Assembly: GCA_965237675.1 (NCBI GenBank)
Contig: OZ250150.1
Span: forward strand, 4,960,001-5,024,000
DNA: 64,000 nt
Origin: Candidatus Latescibacterota bacterium
GTDB lineage: Bacteria > Latescibacterota > UBA2968 > GCA-2709665
Direction: 5' to 3'
The notes below the pieces were generated by a model. It was not told where the DNA came from. It did no database searches and saw only the letters and a list, made by a program, of their open reading frames with translations. Position 1 is the stretch's first letter. Every line of letters begins with the position of its first letter. Shown one piece after another: positions 55,923 to 64,000 of this stretch. The position numbers were made by a program, and so were the translations under genes.

Positions 55923-58109
55923 TCATCCCGGATTCAGGGCCAACCAGGATCTCAATGCCGGCGCCTGTGGATGGTCAGGCGCCAGCACGAGCACTTTCTT
56001 GAAGTACGTGCGGACTTTCTCCGCTTCCCCCAACGCATGGTAGACAACACCGAGGTTGTAATAGGCCTCGGCATAACCCGGATCCAGAGCCACGGCTTTC
56101 TCGTAGGCTGCTACGGCCTGTTTATAGTTCGCCATGCCGTGGTACGCGTTGCCCAGATTGGAATACGCCCTGGCATAACCGGGTTTCAGCGCAATGGCTT
56201 TCCGATAGGCTCTGACGGCCGCGTCGAACCGTCCCGTTCTATAGTACAGATCGCCGAGATTGTAATAGGCCGCTACGAACTGCGGCTTCAATTTGATGGC
56301 GGTTTCGAAATGCGCCGCCGCCCGATCGTACTCTCCCAGGCCGTAGCGTGCGTTGCCCGCCTGGTAGTGGGCTTCCGCGAAATCCGGTTTCAGCGCAATC
56401 ACCTTTTCGAAATTCGCAATTGCACGTTCAAACTTCCCGGTATCGTAATATAAATTGCCAAGATTGAAATAGGCTTCCGCAAAATCCGGCTTCAGCGCAA
56501 TGACCTTCCGGAAGTAGATCGCCGCTCGATCGTACCGTTTCATGTCATAGTACATATTGCCCAGATTGTAGTGACCGCCCGCAAACTCCGGATCGACTTC
56601 AACGGCCTTCTCGTACGCCAGGATCGCCTGGACGCTCCTGCCGTGATCCTTGTGGTAGACGCCAAGGGTCTCCCATCCGTGCGACCGCGCATGCGCAGAC
56701 AGATATCCGCCTTTCAGGTGGCTCGCAAAGTGCGCTTCGGCGGATGAGACGTCCACATTGATGCCGATCCAGAACAACGTGTGCAGCGCTGCGGCCGCGC
56801 AGATCAAACCGGCGGTATTCCCCGAAATAAGCCGGTCGCGAAGCTCGCGGATAACCGTAAGCGCCGCCCAGAGCGTAAGAGGCAACGCGCCAAAGGCAAA
56901 CACATCCCAATCCCGGAACGCGCCAAGTTCAGGGTTGGCGACAACGGTAAACAGAATCGGAAACAGCGCGGCAACCAGAACGAACTGTCGATCGGATCCG
57001 CTCAGCCAGCGTCTCCTCCGGCATAGAAACAGAACCATAAACGAAGACGGCGCAACGAGGAAATATTGATTCAAGAAATCGACCAACTTGCCAATTGAAA
57101 ACAACCTATAGTGCTGTTTGGGGCCCGGTTCCGCAAAAAGGTGCAGGATATAGAATCCCTGGCGTTTCTGCAAATACGCGACCAGGTCAAATTGGATCAG
57201 AAGAAGCGCGCCCAGAAATACGATCCCACATACCAGTACGGCGAGCGCCGCTCGAGCGGACGAACGGCCGGGCGTTGCCGCCCCAGGGACACGATCCGCC
57301 CGGTATCTGAATATCGCCAGCGCCACGAGGGAAGGCACAAGTGTCAGCATCGTAATATGGAGCGCCATCAGAACGCCAAGCAACGCCGCGGGCGCCCATA
57401 GAGGAACCCTGCCGTCGAGCGTCTGTATGCCAAGGAGCAGGTAAAGCAGCATAATCGGGAACAGGAACGCGTAATTTTCGACATACCCGAAAAAAAGCTG
57501 CACGAACCCGGCCCCCAGCAGGAGAGCCAGAATCAGAAATCGCTCGAGAGCGTCATTTCCCAGGATCCGAGCGGCATACCTCACAACCACCAGATACAGG
57601 ATTCCGGACACACAGCTGAATATCCGATACGTGATCTCCGCGGAATCCCAGACCGACGCCCCCGCCCGATGGAGCCCGCGAATGATCCAGAACGTCAGCG
57701 GCGCACGATCCGTTCTGGGGATTTCAGACCAGAAATCATCCAGTTCGCGAATCAGCATGATCCCGTCGCCGAGCAGATGAACGGCGGAACGCATGCCCCA
57801 GAAAGCAACAAGGCCGCCGAGCAGAAGCAAGACCCATGAAAGAACGGATCGCGAGGAGCCGATTCCGAGGTCGCACAACCCGGCCAACCCCGACGTCCAC
57901 CGTCCCAGGCGGTGCCGGACGGCAAGAATCAGCAACAACACGCTCAATAGCACGAATATCACCCGCAGCCCGGAGTTATGGAACCTCAAAAAATCCACAC
58001 CCCAGACAGACACGGGCTGCCAGTAAGCGAACAGAACATGCAGGCCGAGGAACAACCCCACCCCGATTATCGGCTTACTGGAATCCGTTCGATCTCTTTT
58101 GCCTCGCAT
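55923..58109 (-). CDS. Polytopic membrane protein with C-terminal TPR array
   Basis: About 13 hydrophobic segments followed by about seven 34-aa TPRs (AEAYYNLG). Near-identical 102-bp units at 56371 and 56473. Confidence 0.88.
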   Translation of the reverse strand: MRGKRDRTDSSKPIIGVGLFLGLHVLFAYWQPVSVWGVDFLRFHNSGLRVIFVLLSVLLLILAVRHRLGRWTSGLAGLCDLGIGSSRSVLSWVLLLLGGLVAFWGMRSAVHLLGDGIMLIRELDDFWSEIPRTDRAPLTFWIIRGLHRAGASVWDSAEITYRIFSCVSGILYLVVVRYAARILGNDALERFLILALLLGAGFVQLFFGYVENYAFLFPIMLLYLLLGIQTLDGRVPLWAPAALLGVLMALHITMLTLVPSLVALAIFRYRADRVPGAATPGRSSARAALAVLVCGIVFLGALLLIQFDLVAYLQKRQGFYILHLFAEPGPKQHYRLFSIGKLVDFLNQYFLVAPSSFMVLFLCRRRRWLSGSDRQFVLVAALFPILFTVVANPELGAFRDWDVFAFGALPLTLWAALTVIRELRDRLISGNTAGLICAAAALHTLFWIGINVDVSSAEAHFASHLKGGYLSAHARSHGWETLGVYHKDHGRSVQAILAYEKAVEVDPEFAGGHYNLGNMYYDMKRYDRAAIYFRKVIALKPDFAEAYFNLGNLYYDTGKFERAIANFEKVIALKPDFAEAHYQAGNARYGLGEYDRAAAHFETAIKLKPQFVAAYYNLGDLYYRTGRFDAAVRAYRKAIALKPGYARAYSNLGNAYHGMANYKQAVAAYEKAVALDPGYAEAYYNLGVVYHALGEAEKVRTYFKKVLVLAPDHPQAPALRSWLALNPG

Positions 58110-58121
58110 AACCGTCCGTTC

Positions 58122-58551
58122 TCAATCCAGGATGCCACCGACCGCCTCAGCCGTCATCAGATTCGCTGCGGGCGCTTCAGGTGGTTCCGTGCGGACGGTC
58201 CGTACGGGTCTCCACACCGCGATCGCGACCAGACTCAACCCCAGATATCCGCCGTACCAGTGGTCCTGGGATTGGAAAAGCCGGAACCGGTGGTTGGACC
58301 AGAACAGCAAATGCCGCCAGGTCGGCACCGGAAAATCAGACAAATAGAACCCGGCGTGAAGCCCGGGCGAAGAATTCCGAACTTGTCCAGCGTCACATAC
58401 TGGAATAAAATCAGCAGCCCCGCCAGCAACGCCAGCAGGGCCGACACGTCCGCGGGCCATCCGGTCTTTTTCGGTCCCTCCGACCGTTTCAAGTCGTACT
58501 CCACCTTTCCATTCCGGAAGGCCGACGAGGCGGGTTCGGGTCGAGTTCCAT
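58122..58551 (-). pseudogene. Decayed membrane-protein gene fragments
   Basis: Protein-like stretches in different frames (DVSALLALLAGLLILFQYV; HAGFYLSDF..WYGGYLGLSLVAIAV). Confidence 0.45.
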
Positions 58552-58579
58552 GAACCCTGACTCCCCTCCCCAAAAAACC

Positions 58580-59218
58580 TTACTCGAAAGAAATCCCGAC
58601 TCGAACGGGGAAAAGCTGCGTGCTTCCCCGCTCTCCGGACGTGAATCCGACCTCAAGCCGTGCTTCCACAAAGAGATGCGTCCGGTCTGTCAGCCGGATG
58701 TCCATCCCAGCGCCCGCGTTTACCGCAAACCCGTTACCGGATTGCCCGGTAACATGAAATGTATCGTTGCCGATCTCAACCCCCTCAATATCGGCTTCCG
58801 AGTAGGACAAAATTCCCACGCCGGCAACCGCATACGGCACCGTCCGTACATCCAGATCGTCCGAGTCGATCGTTTTCGTGTACTTCAGGCTGGCGAATGC
58901 GCTGAACAGGTTCTTGCCCCCGCCATTCGTACCGGTAACCACCCCGAGTGCGTCGTTTTCCGCCTTGAATTTTCCCTCATTGAATCCGAAACGGGCGTAA
59001 CTGAACCGGCCCTGAACAGCCAGACTCGGATGAATGAAATACTCCGCCCCTCCGCCCACGCCGATACCGGGATACCAGAAGTCAGACAGTGAACTGGATG
59101 CGGGCGCGGCGACCCCGGCGGTAACGAAAAAAACCGGCTTCTGCTGTGCTTGCGCGTCACCCGCCCACCCCGCGGTCAATAACGAACCAAGAAAAAGAAC
59201 ATACAACGCTCTCATCAT
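58580..59218 (-). CDS. Outer-membrane beta-barrel protein (OmpA-like, 8-stranded)
   Basis: RBS GAGGAG, signal peptide ending AQA, alternating beta strands, PYAVAGVG, C-terminal RVGISFE. Confidence 0.82.
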   Translation of the reverse strand: MMRALYVLFLGSLLTAGWAGDAQAQQKPVFFVTAGVAAPASSSLSDFWYPGIGVGGGAEYFIHPSLAVQGRFSYARFGFNEGKFKAENDALGVVTGTNGGGKNLFSAFASLKYTKTIDSDDLDVRTVPYAVAGVGILSYSEADIEGVEIGNDTFHVTGQSGNGFAVNAGAGMDIRLTDRTHLFVEARLEVGFTSGERGSTQLFPVRVGISFE

Positions 59219-59390
59219 ATCAGATCTCCTCTTTCCACGGCGTGTATTAAACACACTATTGCATGTTCTGTAGAATTGGCTGGAAGCGAGAAGGAAGAGG
59301 TCAAGGCATATAGTACTCAGCGACCAACCCCGTCCAGTCCCTACGCGCAAAAAGGACAAGAAAGAATCACAAAAGGGGCCATCATATCCT

Positions 59391-59428
59391 TCTTACGTCT
59401 TGCTTCTCACGTCTCCCGTCTTCCGTCT
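59391..59428. repeat. Five tandem heptamers
   Basis: TCTTACG-TCTTGCT-TCTCACG-TCTCCCG-TCTTCCG abutting the stop of the 59427 gene. Confidence 0.65.
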
Positions 59429-60761
59429 AGCCGCTCTCCTGTAACCGCGCCCATCCCTGAAGAATGGATGGGATCATCTGTACGGGTTCTCCGGCTTTGC
59501 AGAATACGGCCCACAGCACATCCCAAACCCGCGGATGCCACTGGCACAAATCGATCCAGTCCGCGCACGGCGTACTATCCCCTTCCTGACGGTCCACGCG
59601 GCCGCCGATCACCGGATCGTCCACCGACCCGTTCCACATCTGATCCAGCAGGGTATTCGCGAACCGCTTCATATCGGCATTGTTGAATACCACGCCGCTC
59701 CGGCAGGCATCGATTGCAAATCCGATATCGATCCGCCCGTGACTGGTATCTTCAATGGCGCTGTGCCCGTGTTCGCCGGCCTCGATCCAGTCCCAATAGT
59801 ACCAGGTATACGCCCGACCCGTTTTCCATAGATGCCTTTTGAAATTTCTCGCCATACGTTGCGCACGATCAGCGTACAGCGGCTTCCGAGACACGTTTTG
59901 CAGCGCCAGATATGCCCGCCCCAGCGACAGGTACTGATTGTGCGGCATGATCCGGTTCGGAAACCGCTCCGTCATCCAGGGAGAAAATCGATATCCACCG
60001 GACGTGGGGGATGCGTCCACCCAGTCACGCTCGTGCTTATCGGCGATCTGCCTGCCAATAAACCTCAGGTATGTTCCGGCTTTCGTCCTGAATACACCTT
60101 TCAACTCTGCGTTCTTGAATGCGTGTTCGATAAACCGGCTTAACGGATGCAGGAACATTCCCTGGTGGACGATATACTCCAACGGCTCCCCGGCGAAAAC
60201 CTGCACCCAGAACCGATCGCCTGCGCGCGCCCTGCCCTCGACACGTATTTTGAACGGCGCGAAACCCTTCAGGGTCGCGCCGGGTCGAAACCGGCCTCCC
60301 GCCAATTCCTTCCGCGTGCCGTACTCCTGGACGACGTACCGCCGTCCAGGGAGAATTTCCACAATGCGAACGGTATCCAGAGCCATATCACCGCCCCGGA
60401 TCACCCAAACCCGTTCCTCCTCAGGCGCGATGCGCGCCGTACCCCGGTTGTGCATCGACCCCGTTCTCACCAGCGCCACCGAATAGACCGGCGTGACCCA
60501 GGTGGCACAACCATCGGCAAAGTGGTCTCGCCGGGTACCCATCATCCGATCGAAATGGTCCACAATCTTGTCCAACCACGCCGGATCAGCGGTTGCTTCG
60601 TAAAGCTTCACGTATGCGTCGAGAAACCCGCTTTCGCCCCACCCCAGACCCCCGGAATCCGGGCTGTGGGACTGTCCCTTGCCCTGGTTCTGTGACCGGT
60701 CATAACCGGCGAACCTTTCGACAAGCTCTTCCCGATCAAAAGGAGCGACGCGCGCGTCCAT
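59427..60761 (-). CDS. Hypothetical protein, probable alpha/alpha-toroid (glycoside hydrolase/epimerase-like)
   Basis: Long ORF with RBS GAGGAAGG. Helical repeats LYEATADPAWLD, YADRAQRMA and WYYW..EDTSHG. Confidence 0.75.
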   Translation of the reverse strand: MDARVAPFDREELVERFAGYDRSQNQGKGQSHSPDSGGLGWGESGFLDAYVKLYEATADPAWLDKIVDHFDRMMGTRRDHFADGCATWVTPVYSVALVRTGSMHNRGTARIAPEEERVWVIRGGDMALDTVRIVEILPGRRYVVQEYGTRKELAGGRFRPGATLKGFAPFKIRVEGRARAGDRFWVQVFAGEPLEYIVHQGMFLHPLSRFIEHAFKNAELKGVFRTKAGTYLRFIGRQIADKHERDWVDASPTSGGYRFSPWMTERFPNRIMPHNQYLSLGRAYLALQNVSRKPLYADRAQRMARNFKRHLWKTGRAYTWYYWDWIEAGEHGHSAIEDTSHGRIDIGFAIDACRSGVVFNNADMKRFANTLLDQMWNGSVDDPVIGGRVDRQEGDSTPCADWIDLCQWHPRVWDVLWAVFCKAGEPVQMIPSILQGWARLQESG

Positions 60762-61055
60762 ACCTTCCTCAAGCTCACTCGTTCTCAAGCGACTCGTCCG
60801 TGCAAGACTCCCCGATCGCTTCATCGGGAAAGGGATTGTACAGGTTGGAGAAGCCTTACGATGCCCCGAGAAGCTGTTTTAAGACCCCGTTGGTACGTCT
60901 CAAGGGTGTCTAGCGTTTTTCGAGGGCTGGAAAAGCCCACGCTCCCAGGGCTTTGGCAAACGCGCCGGGGATTGGCGGACCGTACAATTGTTCGGGCAGA
61001 AAAAAGGCCCACCAACCGCCTCCGGCCGCCGGGCCTGCCAAAGGTACACACAGGT

Positions 61056-64000
61056 TTATTGAACGTAGAATCCCGTCTGTCGGTTCGATGTCAGACCGCT
61101 GTTCAGGTCGGTCACCTCAATTTCCAAAATATACTGTCCGGGCCTGGTGGACTTCAAATCCAGTTCCATGTACACCTCTTCCGACTCCGAGTTTCCAAGC
61201 TGCTCGTATCCCACGGCAAGTTCCTGTTTTCTGCCCGTCAGTACGCGCACCAACTGCGAGACCACCCCGCTTGCCGTGCGTCCCTGTACCCCCTTGGGCC
61301 GAATCGTATATTCCACCTTGTAACGGGTCTGTCCGAATTCGTCCTGCCTGAGGCGATAAATTTCATAATAGAGGAATACGCCCTGGTTCCTTCCAAACGT
61401 GCGTGTAGGGATGGGAATGACCCGAAGACCGCCCTTCTTAAACTTATCCAAGTCGTTCGATTCTGCAATCGAATACGCCATTTGCAACTCGCTCAACTGC
61501 AGAAAAGCCCTCTCGTAATTGTCAATCACAACCTCCTGCCGGTACCGACCCTGCCTTCCGGACAACCTGTCCTTGATTTGCACCTCCATCCGGTAGGTGC
61601 CAGGGGGCACGTCCAGCCGGACCAGGTCGGGTACAAAGCCACCACGCGCCCCGGTTAAATCGCCGGCGCCGCGGAATTCGAGATTGCCCTGCCGGCGATA
61701 AACCGACCCGTTGCGCGGATTGTTCAATGCCACCGAACGCTCCAGAAACATTTCGGTTTCGTCCCGATTCTCCAGGTATTTGCCGAGATTGTAGGGCGCA
61801 CCGAAGTAGACTTCCACGAACGACCGCCGGCCCCCCTCGTCCTGGCGGAAGTTGGCCAGATCGTAATAGAACTCCAGCGGCGACTTATTCTCCGGCGGCT
61901 TGTAATAGTCCGGCGTAACCAGGGCCGCCTGTTCGGCCACGGACCGAGGATTGAACTGGTTGAACCGGGTCAGTTGCTGCATGGGAATGCGTACGTCCAT
62001 CGGCGGCGGCGCGTAGTCGAACTCGCCGCGCAAATGCTCGTCCGTGAACGTGATTTCGATTCCCCCATTAACGTCGGTGTAAACCCAGACCTCCCAGGGA
62101 ACCATAGAAGCGTCGTCCTGAGAGGTTACGGCCTTGAATGCAAAGTCGTTGGCGGCGTTCCCCAGGCCCATAGCGCCCCCCTGCATCTGTACACCTTCGA
62201 ACCGGAGCAGCTCCAGGGACTCGCCCGTCAGTTGGTTATTGGCCGTAATGCCCGAACTGTAGGTGATGCCCTGCCGCTGCGTCTCGCCCTCGGTTGTTGC
62301 CCGCTCGGCCCTGCTGTCGCCGGCGGCGGCCGAGTTTGGATCCTCCACCTGGCGGTCCCCGGCGAACCCGTCGCCCAGGTTCGCGCCACCGCTGAGATTC
62401 GACTTCAGGCTGCGCACCGCGTACACCGGCCCGCCCATGAAACTCATCTGCAACGCCGCCGTCCCGTACATCTGCCGGGCAATGCGCTCCCGCACACGCT
62501 GCACCTTCAGACTCTGGTTGTAGTTCTTCATATCGGATTGAGACCGGTAATCGGGCTCGCCAAACCGGATGTACACCTCGCCCCGCCGGTCCCACGGCTG
62601 TCTGCCCTTCGAAAAAGCCCCCAGCGCGTACCAGACCCGTCTGTAGTGTTCCAACTGGCGCTCGTTAATCGACGTGGTCAGGTCCGGGTCGTGCGCCGTC
62701 CAGAACCGGTTGACCCGTTCGACGCGAGCCGAGCGATCGGCCTGCTCATACAGTTTGCGTTCCTCCGGGGACATCAGAAGGACCGGATCGTAATACAGCG
62801 CCCGCTCCGCCTCTGTCGCCGCCTGCAGGTACTCACTGAAATATCTGTCCGCCCACTCCAGCCGTCCCAACTGGACGCATGCCTGGGCCAGCACGGCAAG
62901 GACCCCGGTGTCATCGGGATGCTCCCGAACATAATCCGTAAGCAAGGTCACAATCCGCTCATAATTTCGCGACTTCAGGTACACACCGGCCAGCCGCTTC
63001 CTCCCCTCAGAATCTTCCGGCTTCAACGTCATGTATCGCGCGTAAAGCAGGGCCGCGCGTTCGAAATCCTCCTCCTGGACCTCGTACCACTCCCCCAGGA
63101 GCAGATAGGCGGGCGCAAAGGTCGGATCGATATCAATGACCTTCTCCACGTCGTATTTCGCGTCGTGCTCTTCCAGGCTGTGTCGAAGCCTGGCTTTATT
63201 ATAACGCGCTTCCAGGTAGTCCCGGTTGTACTGGAGCGCCTTCGTATAATAACGGATCGCGTCATACCGCGCTTTCGGACGCCTTTCGAATACCTGCCCG
63301 AGCCCGTTGTATGCTTCAGCCATCCTGTGGTCCAGCCGAACCGCGCGTTCGAACGAACGCAGCGCGGCGTCCGGATCTTTGGACTTCAGATAGGCATAGC
63401 CCAACTGACAATGCCCGCGCGCGGACTTGGGCGCCATCAGCGTGACCACCTGCAGTACGGGCACCGAGGCCGGCGCGTCCTTCTCCAGCACCCGTCGGCC
63501 CACGTCCAGCAACGAATCGACCTGCGCCCTTCCCGCCGCCCTGTCCACTACCTCGAACCCGTCACCGCGCCGAATCAGTTCCAGCAGCCGCCCACGATGA
63601 TAGGGGCTGATTACCATCGCCTCTCCGTCTGCAGCGCCGTGCCGATAGAAATAACTGATTGCGCGTTTCTTCCGATCTTCGGGCGACCTGAAGAGCCGCT
63701 CAAGAATCCGTTCTTCCGCATCGCCCAGCCCGCCGGCCCTTACCGAAGCCTTCAACACCTCCAGGTTGACGGGGGATCTGCCGTCATTGAGTCGCCGGTA
63801 ATCATGAATCATCTTCCCGATCGCGGACAGGTTCTCCCTGCAAACCCACCGGGCGCCCACCCCACCGGCCATCCGCGACCTGCTCGCCAATACCTTTGCG
63901 TAAGCCATCGCCGGCTTGGAATACAGGACGCTGTCTCGCGCCAGCGCCTCGAAATGCTGTGCCGCGCTTCGATAGAGCCGCTGTGCGTGGCGGAATTCCC
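61056..64000 (-). CDS. TPR + GWxTD-domain protein (5' end beyond the window)
   Basis: Frame open to the window edge. TPRs, FWTAHDPDLTT..NER..EHYRRV and PWDRRGEVYIRFGEPD motifs. Paralogue of 27659-29890. Confidence 0.87.
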   Translation of the reverse strand, partial: EFRHAQRLYRSAAQHFEALARDSVLYSKPAMAYAKVLASRSRMAGGVGARWVCRENLSAIGKMIHDYRRLNDGRSPVNLEVLKASVRAGGLGDAEERILERLFRSPEDRKKRAISYFYRHGAADGEAMVISPYHRGRLLELIRRGDGFEVVDRAAGRAQVDSLLDVGRRVLEKDAPASVPVLQVVTLMAPKSARGHCQLGYAYLKSKDPDAALRSFERAVRLDHRMAEAYNGLGQVFERRPKARYDAIRYYTKALQYNRDYLEARYNKARLRHSLEEHDAKYDVEKVIDIDPTFAPAYLLLGEWYEVQEEDFERAALLYARYMTLKPEDSEGRKRLAGVYLKSRNYERIVTLLTDYVREHPDDTGVLAVLAQACVQLGRLEWADRYFSEYLQAATEAERALYYDPVLLMSPEERKLYEQADRSARVERVNRFWTAHDPDLTTSINERQLEHYRRVWYALGAFSKGRQPWDRRGEVYIRFGEPDYRSQSDMKNYNQSLKVQRVRERIARQMYGTAALQMSFMGGPVYAVRSLKSNLSGGANLGDGFAGDRQVEDPNSAAAGDSRAERATTEGETQRQGITYSSGITANNQLTGESLELLRFEGVQMQGGAMGLGNAANDFAFKAVTSQDDASMVPWEVWVYTDVNGGIEITFTDEHLRGEFDYAPPPMDVRIPMQQLTRFNQFNPRSVAEQAALVTPDYYKPPENKSPLEFYYDLANFRQDEGGRRSFVEVYFGAPYNLGKYLENRDETEMFLERSVALNNPRNGSVYRRQGNLEFRGAGDLTGARGGFVPDLVRLDVPPGTYRMEVQIKDRLSGRQGRYRQEVVIDNYERAFLQLSELQMAYSIAESNDLDKFKKGGLRVIPIPTRTFGRNQGVFLYYEIYRLRQDEFGQTRYKVEYTIRPKGVQGRTASGVVSQLVRVLTGRKQELAVGYEQLGNSESEEVYMELDLKSTRPGQYILEIEVTDLNSGLTSNRQTGFYVQ

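Overview
GC-rich bacterial chromosome segment. The signal-peptide/WD40/EF-hand proteins, GWxTD proteins, outer-membrane barrel and many paralogous catabolic enzymes suggest a diderm, possibly host-associated lineage such as Latescibacterota or Poribacteria (inference only). 1-13.1 kb: tandem array of four secreted paralogues built from signal peptide, metzincin Zn-protease, Ig-like domain, WD40 propellers and a conserved 174-bp dockerin/EF-hand tail. Three of the four are broken (two frameshifts, one in-frame TGA followed by a hairpin), and a structured leader lies upstream. 13-23 kb: creatininase and MlrC hydrolases, a CBS-korA-korB operon whose KorB carries a fused CBS pair, DUF309, an M14 peptidase, a Thr-type sulfatase-like enzyme and an S1/P1 nuclease. 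24-30 kb: selC (tRNA-Sec), selB, selA and a TPR-GWxTD protein. 30-64 kb: galU, mazG, sugar-acid catabolic genes, purB, arsC, a long minus-strand hydrolase/oxidoreductase cluster, a membrane-TPR protein, an outer-membrane barrel and a second, partial TPR-GWxTD gene. Intergenic DNA holds an IS5-like MITE plus a truncated copy, heptamer and nonamer repeats, and HicB and DUF2089 gene remnants. No CRISPR array, rRNA, transposase or prophage was seen.
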